From the NCBI GenBank assembly GCA_002269645.1, contig NIVC01003709.1:1-64000 (forward strand): DNA of 64,000 bases, written 5' to 3'. Below, in pieces: positions 33,917 through 48,404 of this stretch; the first letter of the stretch is position 1, and the number at the start of each line of letters is the position of its first letter. The position numbers and the translations under genes are program-made. Origin of the DNA: Macrostomum lignano. Taxonomy: Eukaryota. Below the pieces are notes generated by a model. That model was not told the DNA's origin. It did not search any database and was given only the letters and a program-made list of their open reading frames with translations.

Positions 33917-35730
33917 TTAAACAGGCGGAGGGCCGAATAGCGAGTCGTAGGAAGGCGGCATCTGGGGCAGCTGGGCGCTGCCGTCTGGCTCCGAAAAACT
34001 CGCCAACTCAGCAGTAGTAAACGCCGTTGCCGAAACCGCCGCTTCCAGCTCTTTGCGCTCGGCGGATCCCGGCCAAGCGAACCACCAACTGTGCACCTCC
34101 AGCGAATACGAGGTGCTGTCGTCCGAGTAGAACCGACCGGACACGTTGCCGGTGCAGGCGAGGCGCCAGCCATTGGTTGTAAACTCGCCCAACAGGTTTG
34201 TTAGCAGGATGCGCCAGTCCAGCTTGTTGCAGGCCTGACCGCGGAATTTCAACTCGTACGCGTGCTCTCTGGGATTGACGGGGTGGGGTGCAAGCCAGCG
34301 ATTCAATACAAGGCCTCCGCTATCTGCGGCTCTTCACCCTCCACTGCCCCTATCTGCGGCTCTTCACCCTCCACTGCCCCTATCTGCGGCTCTTCACCCT
34401 CCACTGCCCCTATCTGCGGCTCTTTACCCTCCACTGCCGCTATCTGCGGCTCTTTACCCTCCACTGCCGCTATCTGCGGCTCTTTACCCTCCACTGCCCC
34501 TATCTGCGGTTCTTTACCCTCCACTGCCGCTACTGTGGCTCTTTACCCTCCACTGCCGCTATCTGCGGCTCTTAACCCTCCACTGCCGCTATCTGTGGCT
34601 CTTAACCCTCCACTGCCCCTATCTGCGGTTCTTTACCCTCCACTGCCGCTACTGTGGCTCTTTACCCTCCACTGCCGCTATCTGCGGCTCTTAACCTCCA
34701 CTGCCGCTATCTGTGGCTCTTTACCCTCCACTGCCGCTATCTGCGGCTCTTCACCCTCCACTGCCGCTATCTGCGGCTCTTAACCCTCCACTGCCGCTAT
34801 CTGCGGCTCTTCACCCTCCACTGCCCCTATCTACGGCTCTTTACCCTCCACTGCCCCTATCTGCGGCTCTTAACCCTCCACTGCCGCTATCTGCGGCTCT
34901 TTACCCTCCACTGCCGCTATCTGCGGCTCTTAACCCTCCACTGCCGCTATCTGCGGCTCTTAACCCTCCACTGCCCCTATCTGCGGCTCTTCACCCTCCA
35001 CTGCCCCTATCTACGGCTCTTTACCCTCCACTGCCCCTATCTGCGGCTCTTAACCCTCCACTGCCGCTATCTGCGGCTCTTTACCCTCCACTGCCGCTAT
35101 CTGCGGCTCTTCACCCTCCACTGCCGCTCTCTCCCGCTCTACTTAGTTTTCTAGAAAGTCAATTACATGCACTCTGGATTGATTGTTTACTCACCTAGCC
35201 TTCTGCGAAGCCACATTGCCGCAAGCGTTGGCCACAGCAATAGACGATTCTAGCAGGCCCTCTGGCACGTCGATGAAGCTCAGCCGATTGGACACACCGG
35301 TCCAGAAGCAGCAGTGCCGCACTGGCTCTGGCTCCGGCGCCGTCCTAGCAAACAGGAATGCACTTTTAATCACCGGATAGCGCCTATAAATGTCCAACGA
35401 ATGCAGCACCCGCCAGCCGCGAGTTCTCAATTCGCCTAGTAGGCGGCAAATCAATTGGCGGCAAAGATTCTTCGAGTTCTTATCGGTTGGTAGCCAGGGC
35501 GAGCCACCAAGCCGGATGTCCACCGCGCCATAGTAGTTGCCGTGGGACTGGACCCCGCGATGCCACAGGCGATTCAGGGCGTTGGCAAGCCAGGTAGAGT
35601 CCGAGTCGGGATCGCCACCCTCCATGCGTACGCTCTGCTTGTCGTGCAGAGAGATTAGCATCAGTTGCGCCTGCTGCAGGCTCAGTGCGCTCGGGTGATC
35701 AGCTGGGAAGGGTAGGGGTGACTTAGTGTC

Positions 35731-35787
<57 letters not shown>

Positions 35788-38700
35788 GTCAGTCAGTCAG
35801 TCAGTCAGTCAGTCAGTCAGTCAGTCAGTCAGTCAGTCAGTCCCATCTGCCATCCCTCACAGAAAATATCATCGCAGCCGCCGTCTCTGTGGCAGAAGTA
35901 CAGCGAGTCGCTGCTGTCTTTGATTCGCGCGCTGGTCAACAGCTGCCAGCCATTTCGCTGCATCAATTCCACCAGACGCAGCAGCAGTCGTCTAGCCGAC
36001 GCCCCATCGGCCTTCTGAGCGGTCCACGGGCAGCCGGACAGGCGCAGCTCGGAGCCGGCGCACTGGACGCCGGCCGGCCACATGCTGGCGACCAGCTCGG
36101 CCACCCGCTCGGTCAGACCAGGCGGGAAGCGCACGAAGCGGAGGCCGTTGCTCTGCGTCAGCATCAGACAGCAGCAATAGAAGTTTTGAGCGTCGGTGTC
36201 GGCGCCGACTAGGGGATCGGCGTCGGGCCGGCGCTGAAAAAACCAAGTAGCCACGTCGCGGACGTTAGTGACTATGGGTGCCGCGACCAGGGCCCAGCCA
36301 GCGCGCCAGGAGGCCAGCAGCAGGTCGCAGGCCAGCTCTCGTGCGGCGATGGCGTCGTTGCTAGGCGAGCCGCGGGCGAAGGGACTGTGCGACAGCTTTA
36401 GCGTCCAGGCCTGCATAGTGCATACGTAGTGAAGCTGCTGTTCATGTACTTTAGTGTCTAATTTGATCATCTGGGACTGTAACACCTATGCCTGAGGATC
36501 TGGGACTGTAGCACCCATGCCTGAGGATCTGGGACTGTAGCACCCATGCCTGAGGATCTGGGACTGTAGCACCCATGCCTGAGGATCTGGGAGCACCCAT
36601 ACCTGAGGATCTGGGACTGTAGCACCCATGCCTGAGGATCTGGGACTGTAGCACCTATGCCTGAGGATCTGGGACTGTAGCACCCATGCCTGAGGATCTG
36701 GGACTGTAGCACCCATGCCTGAGGATCTGGGACTGTAGCACCCATGCCTGAGGATCTGGGAGCACCCATACCTGAGGATCTGGGACTGTAGCACCCATGC
36801 CTGAGGATCTGGGACTGTAGCACCCATGCCTGAGGATCTGGGAGCACCCATACCTGAGGATCTGGGACTGTAGCACCCATGCCTGAGGATCTGGGACTGT
36901 AGCACCCATGCCTAAGGATCTGGGACTGTAGCACCCATGCCTGAGGATCTGGGAGCACCCATACCTGAGGATCTGGGACTGTAGCACCCATGCCTGAGGA
37001 TCTGGGAGCACCCATACCTGAGGATCTGGGACTGTAGCACTCATTCCTGAGGATCTGGGACTGTAGCACCCATGCCTGAGGATCTGGGACTGTAGCACCC
37101 ATGCCTGAGGATCTGGGACTGTAGCATTCATGCCTGAGGATCTGGGACTGTAGCACCCATGCCTGAGGATCTGGGACTGTAGCACCCATGCCTGAGGATC
37201 TGGGAGCACCCATACCTGAGGATCTGGGACTGTAGCACCCATGCCTGAGGATCTGGGACTGTAACATCGTAGCACCTATGCCTGAGGATCTGGGACTGTA
37301 ACATCGTAGCACCTACGAGGGGCATACTGAAAGTTTTGAGATACACCGAAACCAAAAATGTCTGAAGCAAAATTTTTGTCACAACTTTCAAAGTAGTTGC
37401 CACCCGCTTGTACGCATTTCCTCATCCGGTGAAACCACTGTGTCCAGGCTCCAGCCCACTGTTCTTCTGGCACTGCTGACACTACCCGCTCGAACTCGAA
37501 TCTTGCTGCTTCAGGGCTCTCAAACCGAGTCCCACGCAGTTGGTTCTTCACCAAAGGGAAGAGAAAGAAGTCGCAGGGTGCCAGGTCAGGGGAATATGCG
37601 GGATGCGTCACCAACTGGACTCCATTTTCAGCCAGAAATGCCAATGTTGCAGCAGCTGTGTGCGCACTGGCATTGTCGTGGTGCAGCAGCAGACCACGAA
37701 GTCCGGTGCGCGGCCGGCGTCTGCGCCACGCATCGAGCACGAGTGGCAGGCACTGGTTGATATACCAGTCGGCATTGACTGTCCGCCTGTCTTGGAGCGC
37801 TACAGTCGCCAGGTGGCCAGCCTGGCTGAAGAAAGTCGCCACCATCTGCTTCCCGACGCTGCGGGCCCGCTTGACCTTCGTTGGGGTGGCATCGTCCGGA
37901 AGGAGCCAAACTGCCGACTGCTGCTTGGTTTCCGGGTCGTACTGGTAGACCCAGGTCTCATCGCCTGTGATGATCTCCCAGCATCGCTTCGAGGCCCCAG
38001 AATCGAATCTTTCGAGCATAAACTCGCACCAACGCACCCTCTCCGCTTTCTGGTCCTCCGTCAGGTTGTGGGGCACCCATCGGGCACACCGCTTGGAGGC
38101 TCCCAGCTTGTCGTGCAGGATGGTCGTAACCGCTGCCGATCCAATGCCGAGGGCGTCTCTGATCTCGGCACAGGTCACTCGCCGGTCCTCGTCAATCATT
38201 CTCCGAAACGCAGCGATGTTTTCATCCGTGACTGCAGAAGCTGGACGTCCCGTCCGAGGCTCGTCATCAAGGCTGCTTCGGCCCCACTTACACTCGCTGT
38301 ACCAACGAAAAACTGTGGCACGTGAAGGGGCTTGGTCTCCAAAGGCAGCACGTAAACTTTCAACGCACTGCTCCTGCGTGAGACCTTTTCGCTGGTCGTA
38401 AACTATCATGGCACGAAAGTCGCGGTTTGTCAACTCCATTGGAGCAAGTACAGTTTGGTAGGGGGTATTGATTTTGAAGAGTGATTGTGAAAAATTGACA
38501 AAAGCGCGAAGGCTGAAAATTTATACCCAATCATCTTAAGGGTGGTAGAGTATGTACATAAAAATTTGTGCAGTTGTGACTTATGAGTCAACCATATCTC
38601 AAAACTTTCAGTACGCCCCTCGTATGCCTGAGGATCTGGGACTGTAGCAGCCACCTATAATAGGCGGATATTGGTAATCAACCTGATCTGGCTGCTGCTT

Positions 38701-38874
38701 CTTAGCCTTCACAGATGTCAGTCCCGGCGAGTAGCAGTTGAGCACCGTCTGCTCAGCAAGTCGCATCGGGCTATCACCGCAATTGCTGATCACTTGAATA
38801 CGGTCGGGCTTGCGAAATGTCAGATTAAATTTTTGCTGCTGCTGGTGTTGCGGATTGGGAAGGCTGACTGCCAT
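33917..38874 (-). CDS. Uncharacterised protein with four tandem ~100-aa repeats and a C-terminal PPSY motif, 4 exons
   Basis: Exons 38874-38683, 36410-35861, 35702-35195 and 34268-33917, joined by phase-matched GT-AG junctions (0, 1, 2). Repeat consensus: L(K/R)L.G.PW...R.L...L...GW.L......F. Confidence 0.8.
34315..35130. repeat. 30-bp minisatellite (intron)
   Basis: CTATCTGCGGCTCTTTACCCTCCACTGCCG. Confidence 0.96.
35733..35842. repeat. Compound microsatellite (AATC)n(AGTC)n occupying most of a short intron
   Basis: Read directly from the sequence. Confidence 0.97.
36470..38648. repeat. 29/23-bp minisatellite interrupted by the mariner
   Basis: ATGCCTGAGGATCTGGGACTGTAGCACCC; the array resumes at 38625. 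Confidence 0.96.
37316..38622 (-). mobile_element. Full-length mariner (DD34D) transposon, 1307 bp
   Basis: ~28-bp TIRs (CGAGGGGCATACTGAAAGTTTTGAGATA, 1 mismatch) and a TA TSD (37314-15 / 38623-24). The transposase starting at 38439 has WVPHNL, ITGDETW, HHDNA and SPDLAPCDF, with 34 residues between the last two Asp. Confidence 0.97.
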
Positions 38875-40203
38875 GCCTTCGTATTTTATTTCTATCTCGC
38901 TCCACTAATTGGAAACGTGGCAGCATGAAGGGAAAAACAGAATTAAGAGGTTAAGTTAACATTTACTAATGTTTCGGTGACTACTAATAGTAGGTGAACC
39001 TGACTCTTGTACAAAACGAAACAGGAGAAAAATTGGCAACTTTTTATAGCATCAATAAAACCCGAGAACATGAACGAGAGCGCAATTCCGATCCCGAGCC
39101 AGGCATCAGTATGCCACTCTTGGGATTTCAATGCAACTACAGTACAGACAGGAGGATTAACAAATCCCTTTGTGCTCGCGAATAACTCCATCGACTGCAT
39201 CTATCTCAGGGGAGTAAAAAAAGAACCAGTTTTTTTACGATGATGAAAGCGTAAAGGAAAAAAAGAGAAAAAATCCGCAGAACAGATACCTGACTATTGC
39301 GCCAGCTCGCTAGCAAGCAAGTGGAAAGCAGGAAGAGACGCAAACAGAAGAACTGAAATCTCCGCTTAGCCTGAATAGCGGACTAGACTGGGCTTAAACT
39401 AAGCAAGCAACTATTGAGCAGGCCAGCCTCTTCTCTCGGCTATCATCATTCTTTTCCCCAAAAGCGTCTCTATTCATTTCGCCTGCTCGAGTCTGCAGTT
39501 CTTACTGTTCCTAGCGTGCCGCGCGTCAGCCCGCACAGCTGTCAGACACGCAGCGATGGCGAAAGAAATGCATCGAAAAAGAGACAGATGGCTCAAGATT
39601 GTTTTTGCTAAACCAACTGCTTGTTTGAAGCTCAACCTAAAGGCTACAGTACACATACATAGGGATAAAAGTGGGAAAACACAATCGGGACAGTCGTAGA
39701 CTCGAGCGCTGTTTACATTACAAACGTCATGTGTATTTTGAGTAGATCTTTTGTTCAGATCAGATCACTAAATCACAGGGAAACTTTGGCCCAACTTAAC
39801 TCAAAAGAATAACAAAAAATGAAAACAATCAACACATTCCAAACAGATTAGCAAATACAGCTGTATTAGTACTACTAAATGAAAATTAGATGAGGAAGTG
39901 GACCAGTGCTGCAATGAAAGGCACGAAAGTATTTTTTTTCTTAGCGACAAATCTACTCGTAGTGGTACCAAGATGCTGTTACTTTGAATTGCAAGCTGAA
40001 GTTTACTTGCCTGTGTGGCGAAAAAGAAACAGATGGTGAGAAACTCAATTTTCATTCAATCAGAGAAATCATAAGACCTTTTTTGCTTTACTATCCGTAT
40101 TTTATACTAGTATCTATATAACGCTGTACAGTTCTGTAAGCTTGTAGTTTGTAATTACTAGCGCACATCAAAGCTGCTGTCTGACAATGTAATCAGCACC
40201 GAG

Positions 40204-41286
40204 TTAGGATTCGCGGTGAAGTACGCAGCTGCGGACAAATGCTTGACAGCGCTCAGCATAGAAGTTCGGCTCGACAACGCTAACAGATTCGCCGTCCGTA
40301 ACCAGGGTACAGAGCGCGTGGCCCAAGCGTCTGGAAAGAGGATAGCCTTGTAGGACATCAATAAGACCAACGCACAGCAAGAGACATTCACCAGTTTGTC
40401 TATCCTTAGCTGGCAGGCAACAACAGTACGAGAGGCCACTGTTCTCATTGATTACAGTGGAATTATTACCTTCGCCAGGCTTTGCAATGCATAACAACAG
40501 GCTATAGTTAGTGAGACCAAACGAGCGCAGCGCCATGCAGTCTCTGGCTAGAGCATCATTAAGCTGGTCGTATGCAGGCGCAGCAAGCCACAAGCCGGAG
40601 CGCCGGGTCTCGCGAAAGTCCAAGTCTTTTAGCAGCGGACAGGGACCAGCGCGTTCAGCCGGATTGGCCCGTCTCTTGTAAGTAGAGCCTTTCAAGTCGT
40701 ACAATTCCACCGACTCGGCTGCAAAGCAAGTGCGCAGCGGCAGCAGACAGTCGGCAACGGCGACAAAACGGACGCGTCGGAATCCGCACCGGCAGCGGTA
40801 CAGGCCGCAGTAGCGCGGCAACAAAGTTGGCGAGCCCTGCGTCAAGATTAGATAATACTGCTGCAACAGGCGCAGCAGCCGCCTGACTTCTTGGCGGCGC
40901 ACCGACTTGAACAGGAAGCGACCGTCTACAGTCCGACCAAGTATGTCAGAGTCGGAAGTGTCAGCAACTCCAGCACGAACGGAGACTAGAAACTGATCCA
41001 AAATTTGTTCGTTTTCCCTGGTGCTGCTGCTCGTGCCGCTGCTAGAACTGCACGAGTAAAGCTGTCGCAGATGACGAAAAGCAGCCGGAGCGTAGCACTT
41101 CAGCGAAAAATCTGTCGCTTCGTGATTGGGGGTATCCGGCCCACCGGCCGCTGGAAATTCGACGGTGCTTGCTGTTCGAAAGTCCGAAATCAACAAGTCG
41201 CGCACTGGCGAAGCTGCTTCGCAGCTGAGAGCGTGTCCAACAGCTAGCTGAATCATGGTCGACAATTCAGTGTACTTTCTGTTCAT
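40204..41286 (-). CDS. Intronless type-I PIP5K-like protein with degenerate catalytic motifs
   Basis: 360-aa ORF with DFSLKCYAPAAFR, FLFKSV, TLLPRYCGLY, YDLKGSTYKRRA, KDLDF, RDC, GLIDVLQ and VSVVEPNFYAERC motifs of the PIP5K family. Confidence 0.9.
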   Translation of the reverse strand: MNRKYTELSTMIQLAVGHALSCEAASPVRDLLISDFRTASTVEFPAAGGPDTPNHEATDFSLKCYAPAAFRHLRQLYSCSSSSGTSSSTRENEQILDQFLVSVRAGVADTSDSDILGRTVDGRFLFKSVRRQEVRRLLRLLQQYYLILTQGSPTLLPRYCGLYRCRCGFRRVRFVAVADCLLPLRTCFAAESVELYDLKGSTYKRRANPAERAGPCPLLKDLDFRETRRSGLWLAAPAYDQLNDALARDCMALRSFGLTNYSLLLCIAKPGEGNNSTVINENSGLSYCCCLPAKDRQTGECLLLCVGLIDVLQGYPLSRRLGHALCTLVTDGESVSVVEPNFYAERCQAFVRSCVLHRES

Positions 41287-43174
41287 TTTTCACAACTATA
41301 TTTGCTTGTTTCATTCAGTTTAATGTAAAAAATTGCAGACCTTCTCGCCCTTTTGTTTCAAAGAGATAGATTTGTGTATAGGGGATAGCAATCGAACCAC
41401 GCCCTATATTTTATATAGCAATAAACACCTGACGCCCTCACTAATTCCACTCGCGTCTTTATTTCACATGATTGTATTTACACGTGCGGTCTCGGTGTTA
41501 TTCTTTGTCAACCGAAGGGAAACTGGGCAGCCACCTCCCTTGCTCTCTCTCTCTGTCTCTGATCAAGGCGTACCAGTCAACTATAGGTCCTGCCCTAGCC
41601 GCGCCAATGAGTACAGAGCACTTATGCGCAAGCCCCTACGCAGTATTCGTAAACGCAGCACTACGCGAAAACGCTTGTTAACTCGAGCGTATGTCCTGCT
41701 GAGACGATTTTTGTCTTTATCTGTTCTTGGGGCTTATTTTACAAGCACTTCATTGTGAAGAGCAGCTAGATTATAGCATGGGATGCGCTTTCATCTGAGC
41801 TTTCTTGAAACCATGGACCATCAAAGGAATGCTGCAACCGAAACTGCAAGACAGCGAATATATAGGACAGCTTCTTGTAGCTCTTGTAACTCCAGTTTAC
41901 CGTTGTCATGCTAAATTAAACTGCAGCAAACAAATTCTCAAAGCATTTGAGCGTTAAAACACACTGTTTAAATGTCTTTCTAATCTTCGACATGCACGGA
42001 CAAAAAGAATAAATAAATCATGACATACTAGTGCATACCGCAGTATTGTCTCTATATACGTAAACTAATGATTTAACTTTATACATTCAAATGAGAAGCA
42101 ATGTAAACAAGAACGGCAGATACAAAGTAATAAACAGCTTAACGCGATAAAATTTTGCACTTTCTAGTACAAAAAAGGTGAGCGGACTAAAATAACCCAT
42201 AGAATTGTCAAGCACCTGGAATATAATCCTGATTCCTGACACAGTAGTACCCTGAAATGATAAGCTGACAGGTTGGGAAATTCGGAAGCCGAGAGTGATG
42301 AAGAATACAAAATATGAGCATACTTTAGATAAAACACAGCCTCAGAAGAAGCTAAGAACAAGAGCACTTGATAGGAACAAGAGACAGTCATCAGACTGAT
42401 TATAGGTATTCGATAAAATGAATTTGTAAGGATGCATTTGGTTGGCAGCCAGGTGCTATTATAGGTATATCTCTACTGATCTGAAATCTGAAATTCGACA
42501 ACACCAGGCCTGAAGGCTTAGCAACTAGACAATCAGCTCTGCTACTATAAAATTTAATTGTGAATTAAGCAATACGAACGACAAAAGTGTTATTAAATTT
42601 ATACTAATAATAGAAGCAAATTACAGTAAGAATATATGCATACATATATTTTCTGAAATTAGGCATATAATATAAAATCCGACTCCATTGTCAAGTTTGG
42701 GCGGATTGAATAACACACACTGGAACAGTAATCGACTGAGGCGCATAAAATATCCTGTTATAATTCATAGCATACGGTACCTAATGTAAACTAGTAGTAG
42801 ATTTATGCCAATTTCACACCGTATACATACAGTATATCATAATTAGTATTTACTAGACAAGCAAATGTTACTACTTAAGTGACACTTGACCGAAAAATAT
42901 AGGTTGAGTAAGTGAGACACAGAAGGCCAAAAAACAAGCATTAGACAGCAACATCAAGCAGGAATAAATTAGATTCAACCACAGATACAAGAATAACTGT
43001 CACTTGCTCTCATCTACTCTATTGTCAGTAGCAAAACTGGGGTTTTTGTCTTAAGTTAATGAATTTAAAAATAGTTTTTAAAGAGCAACAATCGTCACTG
43101 GCTGTCTACAAGAAGACCCATCAAAAGCATCTTCATCCTGCTTGAAGCTGCACCCATCCAGTGCGTGTGCATAG

Positions 43175-44000
43175 AGAGCTATATTGGGCCTACCCCCTAG
43201 ACTGAGTTTCGTCCGTCTGACTTTGACCTCTCTCCTTGCTGCTCTCTCATTGGCTGAGCTAGATTGGGCCTGCCCCCTAGATTGAGGTTTGTCTGTCTGA
43301 TTTTGACCTCTCCCCTTGCTGCTCTGTCATTGGCTGAGCTAGATTGGGCCTGCCCCCTAGATTGAGGTTTGTCTGTCTGATTTTGACCTCTCCCCTTGCT
43401 GCTCTCTCATTGGCTGAGCTAGATTGGGCCTGCCCCCTAGATTGAGGTTTGTCTGTCTGATTTTGACCTCTCCCCTTGCTGCTCTCTCATTGGCTGAGCT
43501 AGATTGGGCCTGCCCCCTAGATTGAGGTTTGTCTGTCTGATTTTGACCTCTCCCCTTGCTGCTCTCTCATTGACTGAGCTAGAAGGAATGCTTTCACAAG
43601 GTCGAAAATTTAATATAACAAGAACCATACAGTAGTTTCCTACGTTGTGAAATTTCGACCTTGTGAAATTTCGACCATATGAAGTCTCTTGCTAAAGTTT
43701 TCAATGTTGTGAAATTTCGATCTTGTGAAGTTTTGACCTTGTGAAAGTGGCTGCAGCTGTTTAAGTTTTCTACGTTGTGAAATTTTGACCTTATGAAGTC
43801 CTTTGCTAAAGTTTTCGATGTTTTGAAAATTCGACCTTGTGAAAGTGGCTGCTATTTGAGTTTTCGACGTTGTGAAATTTCGAGTTTGTGAACCCCCCCC
43901 CAGCTAGATTGGGCCTGCCCCCTAGGTTGAGGTTTGTCTGTTTGACTTTGACCTCTCTCCTTGCTGCTCTCTCATTGGCTGAGCTAGATTTGGCCTGCCC
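43175..44000 (+). repeat. 80-bp CCAAT-rich tandem repeat with a nested TTGTGAAATTTCGACC-type array (43620-43890)
   Basis: CTAGATTGGGCCTGCCCCCTAG..CTCTCATTGGCTGAG, ~5 copies plus 1. Confidence 0.93.
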
Positions 44001-44913
44001 ACACAACACTGTGCATACAAACTACTGAAAACAGAGTAGATGCTGTACTTTTACACAACTTTTTTGCGAGTGATATCTGGTTATTCTAGTATGTGTCTAT
44101 TTAACAGAGGAAATATGCGGCTACATAAATATAATTATTTATAGTACGAGCTACATGCATGCTAGAAAGCACTCCTAATAACGAGGAAAGAAAGATAGGA
44201 AAAATGTGCCTCCCTAAGCCTACTTACAAACTGTAAAACGCACGCGCAGTAGACAGCAGAATAACTAGTTAGTATCTCGTATATGAAAAATTCAAGTAAA
44301 TTTTCAGGTACAAAATTGCTGGATAAGAAATTTCTGCAGAGAATCAAGCAAAATTACAATCAACAGTAAACTTATCACACAGACAATGTAGAAATAAATT
44401 TTACTTTGTGTCCCTCGTCGGAGTAGATTATAGGAAAGGCGATTAATATACCGCTTTAAATGGTTTTAACGCAAACCTTTGACATCGTTAACTTGAGATA
44501 AATATATGCAAAAAATATGCTTAACTTGCGCTTTTTAGAATAAAATATTCTTTGTTCAGGATGAGCTAGTTCAAAATAGAGTTAATTGAACTTGCCAATT
44601 ATTACAACATATGCATGGAGAAAAAGTATAAACCTTCGAACTACTGTGGGTTAATTTTACTTAGCTTGAGAACAAATAAATAACAGCTTATGATCCGCTG
44701 CATTATTTATTCCTATAAAACGTGCCTACCTGCACAACATTAAAATAAGAATTCTTATTCTTTAAAAATTGAGAAAGAAACTAAATTTTTTGCAGTCATT
44801 TACATCTGAGTGAGTCACAGATCTTAAAACACTACCGTAGGTAGTATCGCTAATTTAGTAATTGGCTTTACCAGAGCTTTAGCATCCTGTAGACTTTAGC
44901 TAGCGTCAACAAA

Positions 44914-46455
<1,542 letters not shown>

Positions 46456-48404
46456 TTAAACTAGGTGCTGAAATGTGACTAATTTCAAAACATATTTCTA
46501 CTTCTAGTAGAGTATAGAAGACATCTGAATTGTTTTTCTTTTTAACGTTTTTTGGCGTTTTAAATTATTTTTTTCTGCATTTCTTCTAAAAGTATAAAAT
46601 CGTAAATCACATTGGGGGAAGTGGCGATTAACAACTCCTAGAGACCGGCCTCGCGGCTTCCCTACATACTAATATACCCATGGCCTAAATCCCCAAAACA
46701 AACCGGTAGCGGATGATTACTAAGAGCACGTGACCTAGAGCTTTGACACGAAGAAAACAAAATAAGTAAATCACTAACGATGGTCAATGCTTATCATAAA
46801 TCTAGCATTAGTAAAATAAGACTTTGTATTTTTCTTTTTTCATCGAAAACAGAAGTACTAGCCGCGTAGAAAGAATACGGACAGGACAGGCAGACAGGCA
46901 GACAGGCAGACAGACAGACAGACAGGCCACAATTAGACGGACACACGCTGGTGCATTCAAACTAGCAGCGATCAAAGAGATGAAACTTCATCTGCATTAG
47001 AAAACGTGTTGGTAGGTAGTAAAAATAGGCTTTTTGAACTATATTTTATACTATGTATGGTTAGCACTACTACTATTACTACTATTAGTACTGGCTAGCG
47101 AGCAAAGGCCTAACAAAAGCCATTAATGTTACACAAGCAGCGAAGGGGAAAGTGCGAAGGTGTGGCGGCCACAAAATATAAAGTTATATAACAAAATCAA
47201 ACAATGTATAATAAACACTAAAAAGATGGCGGCAATGAAACCGGTCTATATACTACTTATAATGTAGTGCTGAACATTTTCCTCTAGTGGAAAATTAGAT
47301 TAGGCTCGCGCAGAGACACAACAGAAGTTGTTAAATTGTTTGAAACCTGTCTTGACTTAACAATATATGCTTAAGGATTGGAGACGCGGGCTGTTACAAA
47401 CCAGAATATAATTATCCCATTACAAACCAGATAGGGAACTTTGACTAAGGGATCAGGGAGGGGGTTCAGCATTAAATTAAATGACGGGACGGAACTAGGG
47501 AGATGCGTTCAAAGGACCAGAAGAAAAAAATTAAGGATTTGATTGTCTCATTCACAGAATATGCTCAGAATGCTCAAGAATGGTTCCTACTAAAAAAAAG
47601 AATTAACATTCGCACAGCCTACTTATGATGTGATCTTTCTCAGTAGTACGAATCAAAATCTACGAGACAAGCCAGCAATAAATTGCAAAGAATTTGCAAA
47701 TTGCCATTCGGCCTACTCATGGATTCTGTGGGTCCTATCAGTGACTGGGCTTCTTAGGTCCAACCTTAGGCCAATTCAGTGAATGCAATTTAGTCATGTC
47801 CATCATGCATCAGCGCGACTGTGGATAAACTTATGGAATGCGGCATGCAGACCCACTGAGGGAAATCAAATAGCAAAAAATAAAATGACAAACGGACTGC
47901 AGGCACAGAACAGCAAACAGCGAAAATGAACAGTGAACACATTTTATAGCAAAAGGATGTTATCTAAACTACAGACACTGCTCAAATTTCTTCTCAAACT
48001 AATTTTGGCAAGGAAAGACGCAAACGCTACTAACTATACGAGTACACACTCTCGTAATTGTATTTATTACGTATGGTATTATATACTTACATATTTCTCT
48101 AACAAAAATCATGCCTAGTGATTTGTTACTACATTAAATAGTCAGGAAAACGTTTTAAAAAATAATGACAACACAAACTAAACAATGAACGAAAACACTT
48201 AGTTGAAAAATGATTCCTTAGGTCCTATCACAGATACTAGACTAACTAGACATGTCACTCGTAATGTAAGAAAGTTTGTCAACAAGTTCAGCATCTACAC
48301 TTTTTCAATAGTTTATCCGTGCAGTGTCACTTAAACTTAATGTGGCAACTAAAATTTCCTTTTTGCGGGCTAAGGAATTTAACTCGATGTACGCAAGTAA
48401 ACTC

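Noticed and set aside
37276-37385. C-terminal extension of the transposase as a host fusion
   Set aside because: Explained by a single missing A at the normal stop; it merely reads through the TIR into satellite.
37540-38325. 261-aa plus-strand ORF
   Set aside because: Antisense shadow of the GC-rich transposase.
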